Assembly: GCA_030606485.1 (NCBI GenBank)
Contig: JAUWGH010000004.1
Location: forward strand, 300,001-332,000
Source: Promethearchaeota archaeon
GTDB taxonomy: Archaea; Asgardarchaeota; Lokiarchaeia; Sigyniarchaeales; SOKP01
Reading direction: 5' to 3'
DNA: 32,000 nt
The notes under the pieces were generated by a model. That model made no database searches. It was not told the DNA's origin and saw only the letters and a list, made by a program, of their open reading frames with translations. Position 1 is the first letter of the stretch, and each line of letters begins with the position of its first letter. A program made the position numbers and the translations under genes. This document shows, one piece after another, positions 25,771 through 32,000 of the stretch.

Positions 25771-26856
25771 TTAAAAACAATTCCAATATTCTGATAAGTT
25801 ATTCTTGATTTGTTTGATAAGTCTTTCCTGGGTATATTCAAGTATTTTTTCATCAGATTTTCTTTCATCTTCGGAAATTAAATCAGTTTCACTGTTTAGA
25901 ACTTTTAATACATTATATATTGCTTGAGCCTGTTTATCTAATTCATATCCTCCTTCTAAAGTAATTAAGATTTTTCCATTGGCATAATCATCAGCTAGTG
26001 ATTTAATCAGTTTTGTAAGATTTGCTGGCCCTTGGATTGTCCAGCCCATTCTTGTCAGGAGGTCGGTATGATGAGTATCAAAACCAGCAGAGATTAGGAT
26101 AAATTCTGGTTTAAATTCATTTGTTATTGGAATTGCTATTTCTTTATACAACAATTGAATTATATCATCACCAGAGGAAGGAGCCATAGGGAAATTGATT
26201 ATATGGCCCTCTCCCTTTCCTGAGCCAATTTCATTAGTAAATCCGGTTCCAGGATAGAGAGTTCGTCCATCTTGATGAGAACTGAAAAAAAGTAATTGTC
26301 CATTTTCTGAGCCATCATAAAATATGTCTTGGGTTCCGTTTCCATGGTGGCAATCCCAATCGAAGATTGCAACTTTTTTTACATTTTTTTCTCTAAAGAG
26401 ATATTCCGCAGCGATTGCAATATTATTAAAAATACAAAAACCTGCGCATTTATATTTATTGGAATGATGCCCAGGTGGTCTAACAAGACCAAAAGCGCTA
26501 CTAATTTCTCCCTTTAATATTTTATCAATACCAGTTAAATTTCCCCCAACTGAATATAAAGAAGATTCAAAAGTATCTCCAGAAACAACGGTGTCCATAT
26601 CGATATTTTTTAAACTCTCTGTTTTTGCTGCTAAATCACTTAGTTCCTTAATTTGCTCAATTAGCCTCTCCGAGTGAACATATTTTATCTGATCAATGGT
26701 TGCCTTGCGGGGTTTAATAACTGGAAATTCTTTAGAGTTCCAAATACCCTTTTCCTCTAAAAATTTTTTCGCTACAATAAGTCTTTTTGGCGTCTCTACA
26801 TGGACTCCTACTTCATGTTTTAAATAAATCTCGTCATAAATTAATCCAACTGGCAT
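25771..26856 (-). CDS. Zn-dependent histone deacetylase family protein (class II-like / acetylpolyamine amidohydrolase family)
   Basis: HVETPKRL, RPPGHHS, GFCIFNNIAIAA, DWDCHHGNGTQ, SAGFD and EGGY; the catalytic set is intact. Confidence 0.92.
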   Translation of the reverse strand: MPVGLIYDEIYLKHEVGVHVETPKRLIVAKKFLEEKGIWNSKEFPVIKPRKATIDQIKYVHSERLIEQIKELSDLAAKTESLKNIDMDTVVSGDTFESSLYSVGGNLTGIDKILKGEISSAFGLVRPPGHHSNKYKCAGFCIFNNIAIAAEYLFREKNVKKVAIFDWDCHHGNGTQDIFYDGSENGQLLFFSSHQDGRTLYPGTGFTNEIGSGKGEGHIINFPMAPSSGDDIIQLLYKEIAIPITNEFKPEFILISAGFDTHHTDLLTRMGWTIQGPANLTKLIKSLADDYANGKILITLEGGYELDKQAQAIYNVLKVLNSETDLISEDERKSDEKILEYTQERLIKQIKNNLSEYWNCF

Positions 26857-27012
26857 TTTTAAAACCTTTCAATCATTAGATGGTTTTCATTTAATTGAAT
26901 ATAAATAATTTCTGAAGGTTAAAAAGATTTGGGGATAATTTTGGATTAATTCTTTTTAGGTATTGACTTAAAGAAAAGTATTAAAACACAAACTAATTTA
27001 ATATTTACAAAG

Positions 27013-27534
27013 ATGAGTGATATTCAAGTGTTTAAATTTAAGTTTGTTATAATTGGTGAAAACGCTGTAGGAAAGACATCTTTAGCGAGATCTTTTGTAT
27101 CTAAGCAATTTGCTACGGATTATAAACCGACAATTGGCAGTAATATCTTTATGCATAATGTTTCTTTATCAGATAATCTTAATGTCTCAGTTGCTTTATT
27201 TGATATTGCTGGTCAAGAGAAGTGGGCAATGATGAGGCATATTTATTATGAAGGAGCTCAAGCAGCTTTTTTAGTTGGGGATGTAACAAGAGATCGTTCT
27301 TTCGATGAGTTAGCAAATTTTTGGTATCCAGATTTTATAAAATTCTGTGAGAAAAAGCCAACAATCTTACTTGCAAATAAGAGTGATTTAGAATCAAAAA
27401 CGGATAAGAAGAAAATTGAAGAAGCGGCAAAAAAAATAGGAGCTATAGATATTGTTTATACTTCTGCAAAAACGGGAGAAAATTGTGATGATGCGTTAAA
27501 AAAGCTCGTATTATATTGTATGAATCAAATTTAA
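27013..27534 (+). CDS. Ras-superfamily (Rab-like) small GTPase
   Basis: G1 GENAVGKT, G2 YKPTIG, G3 DIAGQE, G4 NKSD, G5 TSAK; YYEGA RabF-like segment; no hypervariable tail. Confidence 0.93.
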   Translation: MSDIQVFKFKFVIIGENAVGKTSLARSFVSKQFATDYKPTIGSNIFMHNVSLSDNLNVSVALFDIAGQEKWAMMRHIYYEGAQAAFLVGDVTRDRSFDELANFWYPDFIKFCEKKPTILLANKSDLESKTDKKKIEEAAKKIGAIDIVYTSAKTGENCDDALKKLVLYCMNQI

Positions 27535-27535
27535 C

Positions 27536-29668
27536 TCATCTATTATCCACAAATTTTATATATTTATTTCTAGGTTTATAAAGAGTTCCTTCTTTTACAG
27601 CTTGATCAATGGTTTCCTCAATAAATTCTTTATCTAGATCTTCTTCCATTTCAAGTATTTCCATAACATTTTCTATTTCGACTGCTTTTCCGTCATTTTC
27701 ATTGATCATATTCTTTATTCTATCTAAGATTTTAGTTATTTTATTTATCTTTGAGCGAGTCTGTCCGGTAAAAATTCTATCGATGTCAAATTTACCAGTG
27801 CTTTCATCATATCCTACATCTCGTAAGAATCTGTTAAATATTTTTATTATTTCTTCGACATCTTCTATTAAAACTTTATCTCTTAAAGCCATTTTTGCAT
27901 ATGATTCACTTAATCTAATCAAAGCTTCTAAATTTCTTGCTAATATTGATATTATTGCTTGTTCTGCATCGTATTTACCTCTTAAATCTAAATAATACTC
28001 CTTTATTTTATCTTTTGCTTCTTGTGTTAAAACTGGAAAACAATTATTACGTGCATAATGAATATATTTTTTAAGAAGGTCATGATTTATGGGAATTAAT
28101 GGTTCGTCAGCATTTTGAGAGATTTTTGTAAAATCACCAGTAGCTTGTTCTAAAATGAATTCTGCCAATTGAGCGTCTTTAGCTTTATCAGGCTCATCCA
28201 TAACAATAAAAATAAGATCAAACCTTGAAAGTAATGTTGGTGGTTGTCTAATGTTCTCAGTAGGTGTCTTATATTTATTATATCTACCCTGATAGGGATT
28301 TCCAGCAGCAATTATACCAGTTTGAGCTCTTAATGTAGCTATAATTCCTGCCTTGGCTATACTAACGGTCTGTTGAGCCATCGCCTCGTGTATTGCAGCA
28401 ATATCTTGTGATTCCATTTTATCAAACTCATCTATAGCAGCAATTCCTCCATCAGCTAATACAATTGCCCCAGCTTCAAGAGACATAGTTCCTGTATCTG
28501 GATCTTTTACAACAGCTGCCGTAAGTCCTACAGCTGTAGAGCCTTTACCAGATGTATATAATGCTCGGGGAGAAACATTAACAGCGGCCTTAAGAATCTC
28601 ACTTTTCCCAGTTCCAGGATCTCCTACAAATAATACATGAATATCTCCTCTTCTATAAGTTCCATCAATTTTTTTTAATCTAGTACCCCCAAACAAGCAT
28701 AAAGCGGTTGCCAACTTCAAATCCTCTCTTCCATATATGGATGATGCAATAGATCTGGCGATTTTCCTTTGAATATATGGTTCTGCAGCGAGTTCTTTAA
28801 TTTGTTGCAGTTCTTCTGGAGTTGGATAAAAATCTTTATCCTCTTTATCTGAAGATTTAATAGAATTCACATCAATAAAAGTTCTAAATATAAGTGAGCC
28901 TTTTCCTTTAGCATTTTTTTGTGGCAATGATTTGAAAGCTCCCATTATTTTTACACGATCACCAGGACGTACTTTATCGACTAAATCTTTAATAAGAATC
29001 CCATCAATGGATCTAGGTATTCTTCCAGCTGGCAACTCTTCTGGTGTTTCCTGTATTGTTATTTTCTGCCAATCAATAAAATCAGATTTTTTAGAAATGA
29101 AAATAAAATCTTTTTGAGTATTTGCCTTACATTTTGGATTCATACAATGATTTGGCCAAATAAGTGTGTTGGATAGTTGAATTTGTGGGAATTCAGTATC
29201 GCATCTTAAACATTTATAAATCGCATTTTCTAATTTTGGACGAACAGTAGAAGCGCGAAGCAAAATTCCACGTGTAAAAATTAATTTATCAATATGTTTT
29301 GATCTTAATCCTCTAAGCAAAATAAGATTAGAATCATTATCTGTTGAAATTTGAATAAAATATTCTACTTCATCCTTTAATTTGCCTCCAGGAGCGTGAA
29401 ATTTTAATAAGTTTTTAAAAGCCTCAATAATATCCGGGATTACATCTTCAGGATTATTTTTTAACATCTCGGCTAATGCGGGATCAAATGCATTTAGATC
29501 TTCAAATAAAAATTCAAGAATGTTTTCTCCTTCTGCGTAAATTTTAGAGATTTTATCTCTGTATTTAAATTCAGTAGGTTTTTCTTGGAATAACCTGAAA
29601 AAATCTTCAAATCTTTTGATTTTATTAATTGGAATACTTGGCTGAGGCTGTTTATTGTTTATTGTCAT
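27536..29668 (-). CDS. mcm: Replicative helicase MCM
   Basis: Zn finger CLRC...CMNPKC, DWQKITIQE, Walker A GDPGTGKS, Walker B IDEFDKM, Arg finger LLSRFD, and a C-terminal winged-helix-sized domain. Confidence 0.97.
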   Translation of the reverse strand: MTINNKQPQPSIPINKIKRFEDFFRLFQEKPTEFKYRDKISKIYAEGENILEFLFEDLNAFDPALAEMLKNNPEDVIPDIIEAFKNLLKFHAPGGKLKDEVEYFIQISTDNDSNLILLRGLRSKHIDKLIFTRGILLRASTVRPKLENAIYKCLRCDTEFPQIQLSNTLIWPNHCMNPKCKANTQKDFIFISKKSDFIDWQKITIQETPEELPAGRIPRSIDGILIKDLVDKVRPGDRVKIMGAFKSLPQKNAKGKGSLIFRTFIDVNSIKSSDKEDKDFYPTPEELQQIKELAAEPYIQRKIARSIASSIYGREDLKLATALCLFGGTRLKKIDGTYRRGDIHVLFVGDPGTGKSEILKAAVNVSPRALYTSGKGSTAVGLTAAVVKDPDTGTMSLEAGAIVLADGGIAAIDEFDKMESQDIAAIHEAMAQQTVSIAKAGIIATLRAQTGIIAAGNPYQGRYNKYKTPTENIRQPPTLLSRFDLIFIVMDEPDKAKDAQLAEFILEQATGDFTKISQNADEPLIPINHDLLKKYIHYARNNCFPVLTQEAKDKIKEYYLDLRGKYDAEQAIISILARNLEALIRLSESYAKMALRDKVLIEDVEEIIKIFNRFLRDVGYDESTGKFDIDRIFTGQTRSKINKITKILDRIKNMINENDGKAVEIENVMEILEMEEDLDKEFIEETIDQAVKEGTLYKPRNKYIKFVDNR

Positions 29669-29879
29669 TATATTAATCCATTATTGTTTTTTTATTTTAA
29701 ATAAAATTTGTCGATAATTTTTAAGTACGGAATAATGGGTTATAAAAAATCTTATTACGACATTAATTCTGTTTTATTTATTATCAATGGATTGATATAT
29801 CGAAAATAAAAAATAATTAGGGCATGTAAATTTAGAGATTTATAAAATACAAGAAGTAAAATTATTACTTGAAATTATT

Positions 29880-31997
29880 TTATTGAAGTTCTTGTAGCAC
29901 ATTACAAATTATTGAGTCTTGAGACATCTCACATCTAATTTTTAAAAGGGCTATTATTCTCTTTTTAATATCTTCTTTTTCATATTTTGCCGTTCTTAAA
30001 AAGATTTTTGCAACAGATCTTTGTGCATTTATTGGAGTATCAGAAGAAAGTAGCTTTAAAAGAGTAGATAATAAATTTTTAATTCCAATTTTATTTATTA
30101 ATTGAGAAACTGATATAACAGTTTTTTCTCGGACAGAATCTGATGGATCGTTAAGTAAGTCAACGATGTAAGGGAAAATTTCATCCAAATCTTCTAAACT
30201 ATAAATTTTTATCAATTTGATTGAAGATTCCCGAACTCTTTCATCATTATCTCTTAAGTTTTTTGAAATTTTATTAAACGGAATTAATTTTGGGGATATA
30301 TTCGGAATTTCAGTTAATATTTCCATTGAACTCCTGCGTACCCATTTTTGATCATCATCAAGCATTTTAATAAGTTGATTTAAAATGATATCATAATTCT
30401 TGATATCTTTAATCAAATTTCCCAAACTTTTTATAACAGCATCTCTAACTACCCATTCATCATCAGATATTGAATCTATTAGTGCATTGGCTGCTTTATC
30501 GGGAACTTTATGTCCAATATAAAATAAAACATTAGCTGCTGATTCCCGTACGAATGGTTCCTTATCTTTTAATAAATTGATGATAGGGTCAATAGGTATT
30601 ATTTCGGGGGACTTTTTAGCAATATTGATAAGTGATTTAGATAAAGTTATTTTAACTGATTTTTCTTGTGCAATTATGGTGTTTAAAAAAACAGAAATTA
30701 AAGGTTTAACGTAATTGGGCTTTCTAATCGCAATAATTGAGATAATCTTAGAAGCTTCTGTTTTAAATTGCTTATTTCCCTCAGTTTTTAAAATATTTAT
30801 AAAGGGATCAATGCTTATTAAATCAATATAATCTTCTGCTAATTCAGATAATGAATTAATTGAAGTTAATTTAATATGTTCTAGATCTGAATTCAAATTT
30901 ACTAATAATTTTGGGATAAAAAGTTTAGGATTTTCTTTAACGATATTAATTATAGTTTTGGTTATTATACCTTTTGTGATAAATTTTGCTGAGTCAGGGA
31001 TTGTTATCAATTTACTAAAAACCATCTCAGGATTTTGCTTTCCAATATTAATAATCATATTGGAAATGCTATTTTTTATCAGTTCATCATCTGATTTAAT
31101 ATATTTTAATAAAATATCTGTGATTTTTTCAGGATTTGTCTCCCAGATTTTTCCTAATAATCTAAGAATGCTATATTGAATTTCGAATTTTGATGAAGCC
31201 ATCTTACTTAATAAATAATCCAAATTAAGAGCGGTTGGAACTTCATCATGGTATTTTTCTAATGCTTTTATTGCAGAATTCCTAACTGCTTCATTAGGAT
31301 CTAAGAGACCATCTAAGAAAGGTTTTATTGGAATAAAATATTCTTTAAAATTCCCAATTTTAGCTATTGTAGTAAAAATTTCAGTCCTAACCTCTTTATT
31401 TGGGTCATTCATTAGGGATATTAATTCATTAACTGTACTTGAATCTAAATCGTCAATACTAATTCCTTGGAGAGAAAATGCTGCTGCAGCTCTTACATTC
31501 TTATTTGGATGCTTCAATTTTTCAATAACTAAGGCTAAAGGAAATTTTTTAGGGGATTTTATTAAAAATTTAAGCGTTTCTTCTTGAACCTTATAATCAG
31601 AATCTTGTAATAAATGTTCAAACTCTGTTAGTGCAATATAGTTTAAACTTTTGCTAGGAATTCTTGATAAAACCATAATTGCATAATATTTTATATGCCA
31701 TTCAGCATCTTTGATTAATGGTAAAAGAACATTGATTGGAATCTGACTTATTAAGTTTTCATTTGCTTTAATTAATGTTTCTAAGATGGGAATTTTCTTA
31801 TCATAATTTGGGCTTTTTAATCCTTCAATTATCCATGAAAGTATTGCATCTGGAGCATCATTTTCTAGTTGAACCAATATTTCAGTTGAAATTCTTTTAG
31901 AATTAGAACTAGGATCACATATACCATCAAATAATGCATTTTTATATTTATTACTTGTAAGGTCGATATCACCCTTCCGAGGTATTCTTTCAAACAT
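29880..31997 (-). CDS. Long HEAT-repeat (alpha-solenoid) protein, possibly 5'-truncated by the window edge
   Basis: Repeated L..D.(D/E)..VR..A...L units (DSDYKVQE, HPNKNVRAAA, DPNKEVRTE, DPNEAVRNSA, DKEPFVRESA, DDEWVVRDAV, DDQKWVRRSS, DNDERVRESS, DPSDSVREK). The codon upstream of the ATG (TTA) is open to the window end. Confidence 0.85.
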   Translation of the reverse strand: MFERIPRKGDIDLTSNKYKNALFDGICDPSSNSKRISTEILVQLENDAPDAILSWIIEGLKSPNYDKKIPILETLIKANENLISQIPINVLLPLIKDAEWHIKYYAIMVLSRIPSKSLNYIALTEFEHLLQDSDYKVQEETLKFLIKSPKKFPLALVIEKLKHPNKNVRAAAAFSLQGISIDDLDSSTVNELISLMNDPNKEVRTEIFTTIAKIGNFKEYFIPIKPFLDGLLDPNEAVRNSAIKALEKYHDEVPTALNLDYLLSKMASSKFEIQYSILRLLGKIWETNPEKITDILLKYIKSDDELIKNSISNMIINIGKQNPEMVFSKLITIPDSAKFITKGIITKTIINIVKENPKLFIPKLLVNLNSDLEHIKLTSINSLSELAEDYIDLISIDPFINILKTEGNKQFKTEASKIISIIAIRKPNYVKPLISVFLNTIIAQEKSVKITLSKSLINIAKKSPEIIPIDPIINLLKDKEPFVRESAANVLFYIGHKVPDKAANALIDSISDDEWVVRDAVIKSLGNLIKDIKNYDIILNQLIKMLDDDQKWVRRSSMEILTEIPNISPKLIPFNKISKNLRDNDERVRESSIKLIKIYSLEDLDEIFPYIVDLLNDPSDSVREKTVISVSQLINKIGIKNLLSTLLKLLSSDTPINAQRSVAKIFLRTAKYEKEDIKKRIIALLKIRCEMSQDSIICNVLQELQ

Positions 31998-32000
31998 TAA

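Noticed and set aside
29669-29879. Possible replication origin beside mcm
   Set aside because: AT-rich, but there are no ORB-like repeats or G-strings and no orc1/cdc6 gene in the window.
1424-31179. The short opposite-strand ORFs in the track (1424, 2510, 2927, 4901, 5725, 6423, 6658, 10499, 19017, 19335, 22790, 23401, 24821, 26329, 27609, 28932, 30958)
   Set aside because: All lie antisense to, and wholly or mostly within, well-supported genes and show no recognisable motifs; they are treated as shadow ORFs.
1-32000. CRISPR arrays, rRNA/tRNA genes, transposases, integrases or prophage genes
   Set aside because: I saw no spaced direct repeats, RNA-gene signatures or mobile-element motifs; the intergenic gaps are short and AT-rich.

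Overview
AT-rich (roughly 30% GC by eye) archaeal chromosomal window, most consistent with an Asgard archaeon (Lokiarchaeia-like). The basis is a Rab/Ras-like small GTPase, longin/roadblock-like proteins, a long HEAT-repeat protein, archaeal MCM and CofD/CofE. In order it holds: a truncated GlmS-like sugar isomerase convergent with a bacterial-type NagB; two longin-like hypotheticals; a bacterial-type LeuRS with an archaeal-type C-terminus; a tight lipS2-lpl-lipS1-cofE-nitroreductase-cofD operon; a seven-gene MoxR/DUF58/transglutaminase-like envelope operon; a Pro-rich/coiled-coil/Zn-ribbon protein; an HDAC; a small GTPase; MCM; and a HEAT-repeat protein. The most striking signal is missing from the ORF track. 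In the 5' region of leuS there is a 26-codon Leu/Val-rich ORF (7081-7001, minus strand; MSLLMNKVQNALLFVLLLVVVLLLVL; 11 Leu). It starts at leaderless spacing from a TATA-like box and is followed by mutually exclusive RNA helices and U-rich tracts. This is the architecture of a leader-peptide attenuator, a mechanism well known in bacteria but to my knowledge not established in archaea. All calls were made by eye from motifs; no searches or folding programs were run.
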